NCBI GenBank assembly: GCA_965213685.1 | Contig: CBDBZY010000031.1 | Coordinates: forward strand, 288,001-352,000 | Source of the DNA: a bacterium | GTDB taxonomy: Bacteria; UBA8248 | DNA length: 64,000 bases | Reading direction: 5' to 3' | Shown: one piece after another, positions 9,218 through 19,195 of the stretch | Position numbering within the stretch: the first letter of the stretch is position 1 | How the letters are laid out: each line of letters starts with the position of its first letter | Notes under the pieces: model-generated | The model's database searches: none | The model's input: the letters and a program-made list of their open reading frames with translations, nothing else | What the model was told of the DNA's origin: nothing | Position numbers and translations under genes: made by a program

Positions 9218-9824
9218 CAAGAAGGACAAATTTCTTGCGCTGGCCAAGCCCGACAAATACGGATTTTCGCGGATGGTTCCCATAGAGGAGCTGGAGAAAA
9301 ACGACCTCGGCTTCGGCAACGGCGGAAGCTGGTGCCGAGAGGACGGGGCGTTGGCGAAACAGTTCAACGTGGAGCGCAAGAAGGAAAAAAACCGCATCGT
9401 CGGCGTTCGGCTGCACGGATGGAAAAAGAACCCGATTCAAAAAACCATCCCCCCACACATCAGAAAGATGATAGTAGCGCGCCCATGCGCGGTTCTGCAT
9501 ACAGGACGCTCGGAATGCGATCACAAAGACGGGCGACTGGACGGGCCCAGTGCGAACCCGGATGATTTTCAGCCCCTGTGCAAAGCCGTCAACAACGCGA
9601 AACGCCAGCACTGCAAAAAGTGCAGGGAAACAGAAGAGAGATTCGACGCGAGAGTCCTTGGATACCGGAAAGGACAATGGGCGGGGAACGGCAGATATAT
9701 GGGGTCCTGCACCGGCTGCTATTGGCATGACCCGCATACGTTCAATCAGAAAGCCTCCGAAAACTGGGGCGTCCTTCGCGGCACCCCCCAGGCCAACGGC
9801 CCGGGCAACGTGGAGGATGCATGA
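9204..9824 (+). CDS. NlaIII/IceA1-like HNH type II restriction endonuclease
   Basis: FLxLAKP, LGFGNGGSWCR, DHKDGR, DDFQPLCKAVNxxKRQxCKxC and CxGCYxxDP match the NlaIII/IceA1 pattern as recalled. Overlaps the MTase stop. Confidence 0.85.
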   Translation: MRKPSKKDKFLALAKPDKYGFSRMVPIEELEKNDLGFGNGGSWCREDGALAKQFNVERKKEKNRIVGVRLHGWKKNPIQKTIPPHIRKMIVARPCAVLHTGRSECDHKDGRLDGPSANPDDFQPLCKAVNNAKRQHCKKCRETEERFDARVLGYRKGQWAGNGRYMGSCTGCYWHDPHTFNQKASENWGVLRGTPQANGPGNVEDA

Positions 9825-10058
9825 GCCGATGACCGCGACAAGGGGGGAACAGACGCGCACAGGCCCGGGCGCGGGGGCACAATGCGGGCAGCCCCGCGCG
9901 TTGTCGTGGGCGGCGTCCGTCGACGCCACGGCAAAAGCGGCCTGTCCCGGGCGGGCGAGGCGAATCCCCTCCGCGCCTTTTCGCCCGCGAACGTTTTTTG
10001 GTGCTAAAATGGCTTCCGTGGAACTCCAAAACACGCGAGCCCGGGGAGGAGGGGGAGG

Positions 10059-10421
10059 ATGCGCGCCAAAAAGTATCGCTGGGACGAGATGCCCGAGGAG
10101 GTCGTGACCGATTCTCTCTCACGGAAAATGGTGGTGGGAGAAAAGGAGATGCTGTGCTGGCTCCGGCTCAAGCCCGGCTGCCTGGTGCCCATGCACAGCC
10201 ACGAGCATGAGCAGATATCGCACGTCATCCAGGGAAGGCTCCGCTTCGTCGTCGACGAGGAGGCCGTGGAAATCGGGCCTGGGGAAACCCTTCTGATCCC
10301 GCCGAACGTCCCCCATTCCGCGGAAGTCGTGGGCGATGAAACGGTGCTGGACTACGATATATTCAGCCCCGTTCGCGAAGACTGGCTCGACGGGAGCGAC
10401 AGCTATCTGAGAGAGGAATAA
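10059..10421 (+). CDS. Cupin domain protein
   Basis: PMHSHEHEQ, IPPNVPH and DIFSPVREDW motifs. Confidence 0.92.
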   Translation: MRAKKYRWDEMPEEVVTDSLSRKMVVGEKEMLCWLRLKPGCLVPMHSHEHEQISHVIQGRLRFVVDEEAVEIGPGETLLIPPNVPHSAEVVGDETVLDYDIFSPVREDWLDGSDSYLREE

Positions 10422-10555
10422 CGCGCGAGTCCCCATCCGCCCGGCCCGTGGAGAGGCCCCAAGGGTCAGGAGCGCCAAGCGCCATCCCGCGATCTTCTCC
10501 CCCCTCCCCGCCCACGACGGCGGCGGCGGGAAAAAGCCGCGGACCTCCCTCGCAT

Positions 10556-10724
10556 ACGCGAGATATTGTATCCACAACCCGTTATGACACTATATATAGA
10601 TTCCCCATAACCGATTGCTTCTTATGCGGTAATTCGTCTCCCCCCATCTGGATAAACTGTGCGTAAAATGAGATTTTTACCCTATATGTTGTGTAGCCAA
10701 AAGAAAACACACTATATCGGGTAT
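10556..10724. promoter_or_regulatory. Four NrdR-like boxes (two tandem pairs) with interspersed DnaA-like boxes
   Basis: NrdR-like: ACGCGAGATATTGTAT (10556), ACACTATATATAGATT (10587), ACCCTATATGTTGTGT (10679), ACACTATATCGGGTAT (10709). DnaA-like: GTATCCACA (10568), TCTGGATAA (10647), TGTGCGTAA (10658). Confidence 0.7.
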
Positions 10725-10904
10725 GGACTACGAGACATATGGAGACGCGCCGCGCGCCCTATTCCGGAGAGAAATCTTATCCGCGCAGAACAGCCAGCGT
10801 TCAAGACAGGCGCATCCGCCCCGCCTTCCAGAAGATGATGCCCGCCATCCCGCCGAGCGCGCCCCTCCAGGGGGGAGAGGGCTTCTTCCCCGCCACGTGC
10901 GACA

Positions 10905-10948
10905 ACAAAAAAAGCCCCCCCCTCCCTCACCGGGAAGGGGGCGGCTTT
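10905..10948 (-). terminator. Rho-independent terminator of hflKC
   Basis: On the minus strand, a GC-rich hairpin AAAGCCGCCCCCTTCCC...GGGAGGGGGGGCTTT followed by a T run. Confidence 0.75.
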
Positions 10949-10964
10949 CGCTGGAGGGAATTCG

Positions 10965-11861
10965 CTATTCGGATTTTTTCCCCTTTGAGTCCTGCAGGAA
11001 GCGGAGGAAATCACTGTTCGCGGGCAGGACGAGGGTCGTCTTGTCCTTCAGGGAGCGGCGGTACACTTCCAGGCTCTTCAGGAAGGCGTAGAATTCCCGA
11101 TCCTGCCGGAACGCCCGGGCGTTGATGTCGATGCTCTTGGCGTCCCCCTCGCCCTTGATGGTCTGTTCTTGCTCATAGGCCTCCGCCAGAAGCACGTCCC
11201 GCTCCCGGTTGGTTTCCGCGCGTATCTTCTCGGCCTGCTCCTTGCCTTCCGAGCGATACTGGCGGGCGATTCGCTGCCGCTCGGCCTGCATGCGCCCGTA
11301 GATCGCCTTCAGGTTCTCCGCGGGCAGATCCGCGCGCTTCAGGCGGACGTCCACTATCTGGATGCCGTATTCGCGCGCCTTCTTGTCGCTCGCCTCGGTG
11401 ACTTTCCCCATCAGCTGCTCGCGATCCTTCGCCACAATGTCGATCAAGTCCTTGCGGCCCAGCTCCAGGCGCAACTCGCTGTAGATGATGTCGTCCAGCC
11501 GCGCTTGTGCCCCCGTTTCGTTCCGGACGGTGCGGAGAAACTGCAGGGGGTCAATGATGCGCCAGCGCGAGAAATTATCCACCACCAGGGTTTTCTTGTC
11601 CTGCGTGATGATCTCCGTCGGGTTGGAGTCATACTCGAGGAGGCGGCGGTCGAAAAACGAGAGCTGCTCCAGAAACGGGACCCGGTAGTGAAGCCCCGCC
11701 TCGCGCAAAACCCGCACGGGCTTCCCGAAGCGGGTGACGACCACTTGCCGGTCTTCTCGGACCGTGAACAAAAACGAATTGAGGCCGACGAGGACGAGCA
11801 CGCCCGCAACAACCAGGGCGATCGTCTTTTTGGGTAGTTGGACCGAGCCCTCGGCGCTCAT
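10965..11861 (-). CDS. hflC: FtsH protease modulator HflC
   Basis: SPFH domain with DKKTLVVD, RMQAER and FYAFLKSLEVY. Lies downstream of hflK. Confidence 0.95.
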   Translation of the reverse strand: MSAEGSVQLPKKTIALVVAGVLVLVGLNSFLFTVREDRQVVVTRFGKPVRVLREAGLHYRVPFLEQLSFFDRRLLEYDSNPTEIITQDKKTLVVDNFSRWRIIDPLQFLRTVRNETGAQARLDDIIYSELRLELGRKDLIDIVAKDREQLMGKVTEASDKKAREYGIQIVDVRLKRADLPAENLKAIYGRMQAERQRIARQYRSEGKEQAEKIRAETNRERDVLLAEAYEQEQTIKGEGDAKSIDINARAFRQDREFYAFLKSLEVYRRSLKDKTTLVLPANSDFLRFLQDSKGKKSE

Positions 11862-12892
11862 CGCTTCGTCACCCCTTCTATGCCATTCCCCCGCAACGGG
11901 AGGATGGGCAAGACCCCGGATTTGCCCTGATTCAGGATCACCTTGTCCACCGTCGGCATCACCTCCTGCATCATTTCCAGATACAGGCGCTCGCGCGTAA
12001 TGGCCGGCGCCTTCCTGTATTCCTCCAAGGTAGCGAGAAAGCGGTTCGCATCTCCGCGCGCGTGCCGAATCTTGGTCTCCCGGTATGCTTCGGATTTTCT
12101 GAGGACGGCGGCCACCTTGCCGCGCGTCTCCGGTATCACCTGGTTTTGATAGCCCTGCGCTTCATTCACGAGGCGGTTTCTGTCCTCCCGGGCGCTCGCC
12201 ACGTCCTTGAAGGCATGAATCACCTCCTTCGGAGGCGTCACGTCCTGCAGCTGCACCGCCGCCACGCGCAAACCGGTCTCGTATCGATCCAGTATCTTCT
12301 GCATCTCCACCAGCGTCTCCTGCTGAATGGCGCCCTTTCCCGTGGTGAGTGCCTCGTCAATGGGCTTGCTGCCCACCACCTGGCGGATGGCGGCCTCCGC
12401 CGCGTGCACCACTGTCTCCCTGGGATTGCGCACCTTGAAGAGATACTTGTCCGCCTCCACGATGCGATACTGAACGATCATGTCCACATCCACCATGTTC
12501 TCGTCGCCGGTCAGCATCCTCGACTCATGGGGCTTGTCCGAATACCGCGCCGGAGGGCCCGGGTCGATGGTGCGGAAGCCGATCTCCACGCGCTTCACCT
12601 CCGTCACCTTCGGCGTATACGCGGTCTCCATCGGGAAGGGGAGGTGATAGTTCAGGCCGGAAGACACCACGCGATCAATGCGTCCAAATCGAAGGACGAT
12701 CCCCTGCTCATCCGGCCCCACGCTGAAGATGCCGGACGCCAGCCATATCAGCACGGCGACAACGAATATGGCGACGGACGGCAGCTTGAAACCGGGCAGG
12801 CGGAACTGGGGCAGCTTGATCTGCTGCGGCATCCCGCCGCCGCCGCCACCGCCCTGTCTTTTCGATTTGAACTCATCCCAGTCCATTGGCAT
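11858..12892 (-). CDS. hflK: FtsH protease modulator HflK
   Basis: MLTGDENMVDV and TRERLYLE motifs, with a Gly-rich N-terminus. Confidence 0.95.
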   Translation of the reverse strand: MPMDWDEFKSKRQGGGGGGGMPQQIKLPQFRLPGFKLPSVAIFVVAVLIWLASGIFSVGPDEQGIVLRFGRIDRVVSSGLNYHLPFPMETAYTPKVTEVKRVEIGFRTIDPGPPARYSDKPHESRMLTGDENMVDVDMIVQYRIVEADKYLFKVRNPRETVVHAAEAAIRQVVGSKPIDEALTTGKGAIQQETLVEMQKILDRYETGLRVAAVQLQDVTPPKEVIHAFKDVASAREDRNRLVNEAQGYQNQVIPETRGKVAAVLRKSEAYRETKIRHARGDANRFLATLEEYRKAPAITRERLYLEMMQEVMPTVDKVILNQGKSGVLPILPLRGNGIEGVTKR

Positions 12893-13001
12893 GAGCGTTT
12901 CTCCTGTTTGGCTATGAGGCAACGTAAAATCACCCTCTGGGGCGGAGGCGCGCTCCTCCGTCCTCCACCGGGGTTCACCCTATGCGGGTTATGGGTTCAA
13001 G

Positions 13002-13965
13002 TCAACCGGCCCGCATCGGTTTTTCGCGCACCGCGTTTCGGGCTTTCATGATTTGCCGGCGCGAGGGCAACCCTCCTTGTGCCCCGCGTTTGCGCACCGA
13101 ACAAGACCCCGCGCCCACGGCGAAGCGAACCGCGTCCCCCCATCGCGCGCCCTCTGCGAGCCTGGCCGCGAGCGCGCCGCAAAAGGCGTCGCCCGCACCC
13201 GTCGCGTCCACCGCCCGAAGCCCGGCGGGGGGCGTCAGCCAGGAGGCCTCCTCCCCGTCCAGAAAAAAAGCGCCTCTTTCCCCCGCCGTGATGATGACGC
13301 GGGAGGGCCCCATCGCCTGCAAGGCGCGCGCGGTGCGCAGGAACTCCCGATCCCGCGCGGGGATTTTCCCGAGTCCGGCCAGATGCGCCGCCTCCGTTTC
13401 GTTCGGCACCAGCGCGTCGGTCAGCCGAAGCAGATCCGCGGGCAAATCGTCCGGCGCCGGCGCCGGGTTCAGGATGTTGCGGGCGCCGCGTTTTTTTTCC
13501 CATCCGGAACGCGGCCGCAACCGACGGGACGGGAACCTCGAGCTGGGCCAGGACAACCTCTCCAAAATCCAGAAGCCCCGGCTTCCTCCTCATCCGCCCG
13601 GGCGTGAGGAAGCCGTTCGCGCCGGGGGCCACGGCGATCTGGTTCTCGCCGCCCTGATCCACCAGGATCAGCGCCGTGCCCGTGCCCTCTCCGCAGCACA
13701 GGACGCCATCCGGCGATATTCCGTTTTTGGCCAGATGACGGCGATAGGCGTCGCCTCCCGGGTCGCCCCCCAGCATGGTGATGAAACGAACCTCCGCGCC
13801 GGCGCGGGCGGCCGCCAAAGCCTGGTTCGCCCCCTTCCCCCCAAAATGATCCTCCCGCTTTCCTCCCAGGACGGTTTCGCCCGCAGACGGAAGTTTGTCC
13901 ACGCGAACGACGATGTCGATATTCGAGCTGCCCAGCACCAATACCTCGTTTTTCCTATGCTCCAT
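13002..13965 (-). pseudogene. rbsK: Ribokinase, apparent +1 frameshift in an A8 run (possibly a sequencing error)
   Basis: N-half (GSSNID, GGKGANQA) and C-half (NPAPA, PNETE, DATGAGDAF) are in different frames. They join at the T run 13491-13498. Confidence 0.85.
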
Positions 13966-14977
13966 CGGCGTCCCATCCGCGATACCTTTGCAGGTGCCGC
14001 ATGAAAAACCCCAAAAATCCCTCGACGTCCACATCCAGGGCCACCTCGACCCGATTTTGGGCGCCGCGCGGCCTCATGCCCTCTCGCAAATCCACCAGCG
14101 TCATTCCGCGCGCGACGCCCCCGCTCGCATCGACGTCCACGCGACAGTCCACGGTCTCGACGAAGCCCGGCCGCATCGCGACCGCAAGCGCCAGCGGATC
14201 GTGCAGGGTAATATCGTCCGCCCCCCTGCGCTCCCTGGCGAACCGCGCGTACGTCCGGATGAGGTCCCGGAGCGCCGCCCGGAACGGACCGCCGCCCTCC
14301 AGTGCGCGGACGCGAAGGAGCGCGCGCCTCGTGACGTCCAGCCCCACCATGGTGATGGGCAACCCCGACGCGAATACCTCGGCCGCCGCCTGGGGGTCGC
14401 AATAGACGTTGAACTCGGCGGCGGCCGTCACGTTCCCGGGCATCCGGGCGGCGCCTCCCATGACGACGATCCGCCGCACGCCGGACAAGGCGTCGGGCGC
14501 GCGCCGGAGCGCCAGGGCGAGATTCGTCAACGGCCCCAGCGCGATGATGGTCAACGCCGGGCCCAGCTCCCGGGCCTGCTCGATGATGACGTCGCAGGCC
14601 GGCCTCGCGCTTCCCCTGGCGGCCGGCTGGCGGAGCCGGCCTCTGTTCCGGAACATCTCCCCCAGTCCCTCCGGCCCGTGAATCATGCGCGATTCGGCCC
14701 GGCTCATGCGGCGCTTGTCGAGGGCGGTGGAGGCGCCCCGATACACGGGTGCGGCCGGGGCGGGACGCTCGAGATGCGCGCGCAGAAACGCGGTGATTCT
14801 TCTCGCGTTCCGATAGGCCAGACGCGCGGAAACGTTGCCGTGGACGGTCGTCACGGCGACATACCGAAAGATGGGGGACGCGAAGCCCATCGCCAGGGCG
14901 AGTGCGTCGTCCACGCCCGGGTCGCAATCCACCAGGGCGTATCGGGGGACGGATTCCCCGTTGCCTGCCGCCGTCAA
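13955..14977 (-). CDS. Inosine-uridine preferring nucleoside hydrolase
   Basis: DCDPGVDDA, AEFNVYCDP and LHDPLA motifs. Start uncertain. Confidence 0.92.
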   Translation of the reverse strand: MTAAGNGESVPRYALVDCDPGVDDALALAMGFASPIFRYVAVTTVHGNVSARLAYRNARRITAFLRAHLERPAPAAPVYRGASTALDKRRMSRAESRMIHGPEGLGEMFRNRGRLRQPAARGSARPACDVIIEQARELGPALTIIALGPLTNLALALRRAPDALSGVRRIVVMGGAARMPGNVTAAAEFNVYCDPQAAAEVFASGLPITMVGLDVTRRALLRVRALEGGGPFRAALRDLIRTYARFARERRGADDITLHDPLALAVAMRPGFVETVDCRVDVDASGGVARGMTLVDLREGMRPRGAQNRVEVALDVDVEGFLGFFMRHLQRYRGWDADGA

Positions 14978-15398
14978 AGCGCGCCTCTCATATGTGAGGA
15001 GAATGTGCGCCGCCTCGCACGGGCGTAGGGACTTCGTCCGCAGTCCGCGCGAATCCGCGTGATATGTTGAATAATATACCTTTGCGGGATGACGGAACAC
15101 CCGGCCGTCCGGACAAAACGCAAAGGATAGGACTCCATAACGATAGATATATCAATGATCTAGAGCAAAAATCCCATTGCGTTTCATTATTTCCATTCCG
15201 CCCCCCGCATCGACAAAACCCGTCAAACTCTTATATTTCAATAGCTTGTGCGAAATTCGCCCGCCCGGAAATTGACAAAGAGCATATTTTCATATACTTA
15301 TGGCTGTTTATAGAATTTGCGTTGCCTGGAGCCACCCGGACCGACACAGTGCCGTTCTTTGCTGTCCCTACTTCAAGAGGCTTGCCCACAACCTAGAA

Positions 15399-17498
15399 AT
15401 GGCCAGATCCGCTTCATCTTCCACATCCAGAAAACGAATCGTCGCCGCCATTGACATCGGGGGCACGTTCACCGACATCGCGATTTACAATCCCTCGAAC
15501 GGAAATACCGCCGTGGGGAAATATCTCACGACGCCGAACGACCCCTCCATCGGCGCCCTCGCGGGCCTGCGCACGCTGCTGGACGAGGAAAATCTGCGCT
15601 TCCGCAACCTGGGCCAGGCGATTCACGCAACCACGCTCGCCACCAACGCGATCATCGAGAAAAAAGGAGCGCCCACGGGCCTCCTCGCGACCAAGGGGTT
15701 TGCCGACATCCTCCTGATGGGCCGCGAATCCAGATATGACATTTACGACATCGTGCCGGAATTCCCGGAACCGCTGGTCTCCGGTCCCTTTCGTCGCGAG
15801 CTGACGGAGAGGATTTCCGCGACCGGCGAAATCCTCCAGCCCCTGAGCACCCAGGAGGTGCGGGTGACGATTCAGGAGCTGGTGGAGAAGGGGGCAAAGT
15901 CCATCGCCGTCTGCCTCCTGCATTCCTACGCGAATCCGGCCCATGAGGATGAGGTCGGCGAAGCGATAGCGGCGTCCTTCCCCGACGTGAGCTTCAGCCT
16001 CTCCTCCCAGGTGTGCCCGGAAATCCGGGAGTACGAGAGAACGTCCACCACGGTGGCCAACGCCTACATACAGCCCATCGTGTCGAAATATCTCGAGGAC
16101 CTGGAGGTCAACCTCGAGAACGTCTCGCTCTACATCATGCTCTCGAACGGCGGCATCGCCACGGCGCAATCCGCCGCGAGAAGCCCGATACGCATGTTCG
16201 AGTCAGGGCCGGCGGCGGGGGCGCTCTCCTCGGCCTACTACGGGAAGCTCGGCGGGTTTGACAACCTCGTCGCCTTCGACATGGGCGGCACCACCGCCAA
16301 GTCGTGCATCATCGAAAACGGCGAACCCCACCTGTCCGTCCAGTTCGAGATCGCCCGCGTCAAGCGCTTCACCAAGGGCAGCGGAATGCCCATCCAGGTG
16401 CCGTGCATCGACCTGATCGAGGTGGGCGCCGGCGGGGGCAGCATCGCGCGAATCGACGATTTGGGACTGCTCAAGGTCGGCCCCGAGAGCCAGGGGGCGT
16501 CCCCAGGGCCCGCCTGCTACGGGCTGGGCGGCGAGGAGCCCACGGTGACCGACGCCAACCTGCTGCTCGGCTACATCAATCCGGAGTATTTCCTGGGGGG
16601 CGAGATGCCCGTCTTCCCGGAGGAGGCGTCGGAGGCCATACGCACCAAAATCGCCGAGCCGATGAAGATTGAGGAGATAGAGGCGGCCTGGGGCATTCAT
16701 GAGCTGGCGAACGAGACCATGGCCGCCGCCGCGCGCATCAAGCTATCCGAGCGCGGCAAGGACCCGCGCAACTTCACCCTGATGGCCACCGGCGGCGCCG
16801 GCCCCGTGCACGCCTTCCGGCTCGCGCGCAAAGTAGGGCTGAAGCGCATCGTTTGCCCGCCCGGCGCCGGCCTGGCCTCCAGCCTCGGACTGCATACCGT
16901 CCCCTTCAAGGTGGACACCGTGGACAGCGATGTGATGCCGCTCGAGGACGTGGACCTCGCCCGGCTGAACGACGTGCTCGCCCGGCGGGAGAAGCGAATT
17001 CGCGAAGTCCTCAGCACCGCCGGCGTGAGAGAACGCGACATTCGCATCCAGCGCATGGCCGACATCAGCTTCGAGGGGCAGGGGTTCCCCCTCACCATTC
17101 CCATCCCGAGCGGAAATCTGACGCAGAACCATTTCGCGGAGATCGGCAACACCTACCGCGAGCATTACGCCTCCGCCCACGGGCGCGCCATCGAGGAGGT
17201 GCCCCTGCAGGTGTTCTGCTGGCGCATCTTTGGCATGGGGCCGGAGCCCAACGTGAATTTTCACTTCTCGAACCTGCAGGAAAAAGAGGTCAAGAACGCA
17301 CAGAAGGGCCACCGGCGCATCTACATGCCGGAGAGCAAGGGTTTTCGGAAGGTGAACATCTTCGACCGCTATCTCCTGAAGCCGGGCCAGAAATTCAAGG
17401 GGCCCGCACTGATAGAAGAGAGGATGACGACGACGGTCGTCGGGCCGCGCTCGAACTTCCAGGTCGACAAATTCCAGAACCTGATCATCGAACTCTAG
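15399..17498 (+). CDS. Hydantoinase/oxoprolinase family, subunit A
   Basis: DIGGTFTD, ESGPAAG, DMGGTT and GAGGGS motifs. Confidence 0.95.
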   Translation: MARSASSSTSRKRIVAAIDIGGTFTDIAIYNPSNGNTAVGKYLTTPNDPSIGALAGLRTLLDEENLRFRNLGQAIHATTLATNAIIEKKGAPTGLLATKGFADILLMGRESRYDIYDIVPEFPEPLVSGPFRRELTERISATGEILQPLSTQEVRVTIQELVEKGAKSIAVCLLHSYANPAHEDEVGEAIAASFPDVSFSLSSQVCPEIREYERTSTTVANAYIQPIVSKYLEDLEVNLENVSLYIMLSNGGIATAQSAARSPIRMFESGPAAGALSSAYYGKLGGFDNLVAFDMGGTTAKSCIIENGEPHLSVQFEIARVKRFTKGSGMPIQVPCIDLIEVGAGGGSIARIDDLGLLKVGPESQGASPGPACYGLGGEEPTVTDANLLLGYINPEYFLGGEMPVFPEEASEAIRTKIAEPMKIEEIEAAWGIHELANETMAAAARIKLSERGKDPRNFTLMATGGAGPVHAFRLARKVGLKRIVCPPGAGLASSLGLHTVPFKVDTVDSDVMPLEDVDLARLNDVLARREKRIREVLSTAGVRERDIRIQRMADISFEGQGFPLTIPIPSGNLTQNHFAEIGNTYREHYASAHGRAIEEVPLQVFCWRIFGMGPEPNVNFHFSNLQEKEVKNAQKGHRRIYMPESKGFRKVNIFDRYLLKPGQKFKGPALIEERMTTTVVGPRSNFQVDKFQNLIIEL

Positions 17499-17523
17499 AC
17501 CGAACTCTAGGAGAGGTTCCCAC

Positions 17524-19185
17524 ATGGCCCGCAAGGGTATCGATTCGATTACGCTGGAGGTTCTCTGGAACCGGCTCATCGCGATCGCCGAGGAGGCGGC
17601 CACCGAGATCGTGCGCACCGCTTTTTCCACCACGATACGCGAGTCGAGAAACTTCGCCGTCATCATACTGAACACCAACGGGCAGTCCATCGCCCAGGCC
17701 AGGTCCACCATGCCCAGTTTCGTGGGCGCGCTGCCGATCACGGCCAAGAAACTCCTGGAGATTTTCCCTCAGGAGACGCTCGCGCCAGACGATCTCATCC
17801 TCACGAACGACCCCTGGATGGGAACCGGCCACCTGCAGGATCTCGCCTCGCTCACACCCGTGTTCTACAAGAGGAAGCTGGTCGCCCTCATCGGCATCAC
17901 CACCCAGGTCACGGACATGGGCGGAAAGCTGCGCTCCCCCGAAGTCCGGGAAATCTACGAAGAGGGCCTCCAGCTCCCGCCCTGCAAATACATGTCGGCG
18001 GGCGAGATCAACGAGGACATCCTGCGCATCATCCGGCACAACGTGCGCGTGCCGAACCAGGTGGAGGGAGACTTGATCTCCCACATGTCCGCGGGAAGGC
18101 TCGCCGCCTGGCGCATCGGCGAGATGCTCGAGGAATACAGGATCGCCGACCTCGAGGCGCCGGCCAACACCATCTTCCAGCGCTCGGAAAACGCCATGCG
18201 CGAGGCCATCAAGAAGGTGGAAGACGGCGAATACCGCTTCCAGGTATCTACGGACGGCTATGACGAGCCGCTCGTCATCCGCGTGGAGGTCAAGGTTCGC
18301 GGCAGCAGCATTCTGGTGGACTACACGGGTTCGTCCCCCCAGGTGGACCGCGGCCTCAACTCCGTTCTGAACTACGTCTATTCCTATTCCGCCTATTCGC
18401 TCAAATGCCTGTTCTGTCCGCAGATTCCCAACAACGAGGGGAACTTCCGGCCCGTCACGGTATCCGCCCCCGAGGGCAGCATACTGAACCCGCGCTACCC
18501 GGCGCCCGTGAACGGCCGCTCCATGGTGGGACATTTCATTCCCTCCGCCATTTTCGGCGCGCTGTGCAAGGCGGTTCCCGACCTCGTCCAGGCGGCCAGC
18601 GGCAGCCCCACCTGGGCTATCAACGCAGCGGGCATCACCAAGGAAAACAGGCGCTTCGCCGGCAACTTTTTCCTGCACGGCGGGCAGGGCGCGACGAACG
18701 GGCACGACGGGCGGGTGTGCCTCGACTTTCCCTCGAATACCTCGAACACGCCCATCGAAATTCTCGAGCATCTCGTGCCCCTGCTCGTCGAGAGAAAGGC
18801 GTCGATCCGCGACAGCGGCGGTGCGGGCAAATACGCCGGCGGAAACGGCCAGCAGGTCATCGTGAAATCCCTCTCCGACGGGCCGATTCTCCTCACCTTC
18901 ATGAGCGAGCGCACCCGGCACCCCGCGTATGGATTGTCCGGCGGGAAAAACGGGCGCGTCGGCAAGGTCACCCTGAACGGACGCCCCATCAACCCCAAGC
19001 GACAATGGGTGATGAACCAAAGCGACAGGCTCGTCCTCGAGGTGCCGAGCGGCGGCGGCTACGGGGACTCCAAGGACCGCGCCTCCCACGCCATCGAGCG
19101 CGACCTCCGGGAGGGGCTGCTCTCCGTTCAAAAAGCCCGAACCGAATACAACTACGACGGCGACTTCACCGCCACCGACCTGTAG
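17524..19185 (+). CDS. Hydantoinase B/oxoprolinase family protein
   Basis: NDPWMGTGHLQD, NTPIE, DSGGAG and GGGYG motifs. Confidence 0.95.
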   Translation: MARKGIDSITLEVLWNRLIAIAEEAATEIVRTAFSTTIRESRNFAVIILNTNGQSIAQARSTMPSFVGALPITAKKLLEIFPQETLAPDDLILTNDPWMGTGHLQDLASLTPVFYKRKLVALIGITTQVTDMGGKLRSPEVREIYEEGLQLPPCKYMSAGEINEDILRIIRHNVRVPNQVEGDLISHMSAGRLAAWRIGEMLEEYRIADLEAPANTIFQRSENAMREAIKKVEDGEYRFQVSTDGYDEPLVIRVEVKVRGSSILVDYTGSSPQVDRGLNSVLNYVYSYSAYSLKCLFCPQIPNNEGNFRPVTVSAPEGSILNPRYPAPVNGRSMVGHFIPSAIFGALCKAVPDLVQAASGSPTWAINAAGITKENRRFAGNFFLHGGQGATNGHDGRVCLDFPSNTSNTPIEILEHLVPLLVERKASIRDSGGAGKYAGGNGQQVIVKSLSDGPILLTFMSERTRHPAYGLSGGKNGRVGKVTLNGRPINPKRQWVMNQSDRLVLEVPSGGGYGDSKDRASHAIERDLREGLLSVQKARTEYNYDGDFTATDL

Positions 19186-19195
19186 CCTCTCCCCC

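Noticed and set aside
10556-10724. oriC
   Set aside because: Not called: few and imperfect DnaA boxes, no dnaA/dnaN/gidA context, and the rRNA operon would be head-on to a fork starting here. Not fully excluded.
15063-15090. dif-like site (CATCCCGCAAA-GGTATA-TTATTCAACAT on the minus strand)
   Set aside because: Both Xer arms match poorly. It is better explained as promoter sequence.
17489-17510. Direct repeat CGAACTCTAG x2 at the hydantoinase A/B junction
   Set aside because: A short local duplication of the stop region with no sign of an element between the copies.
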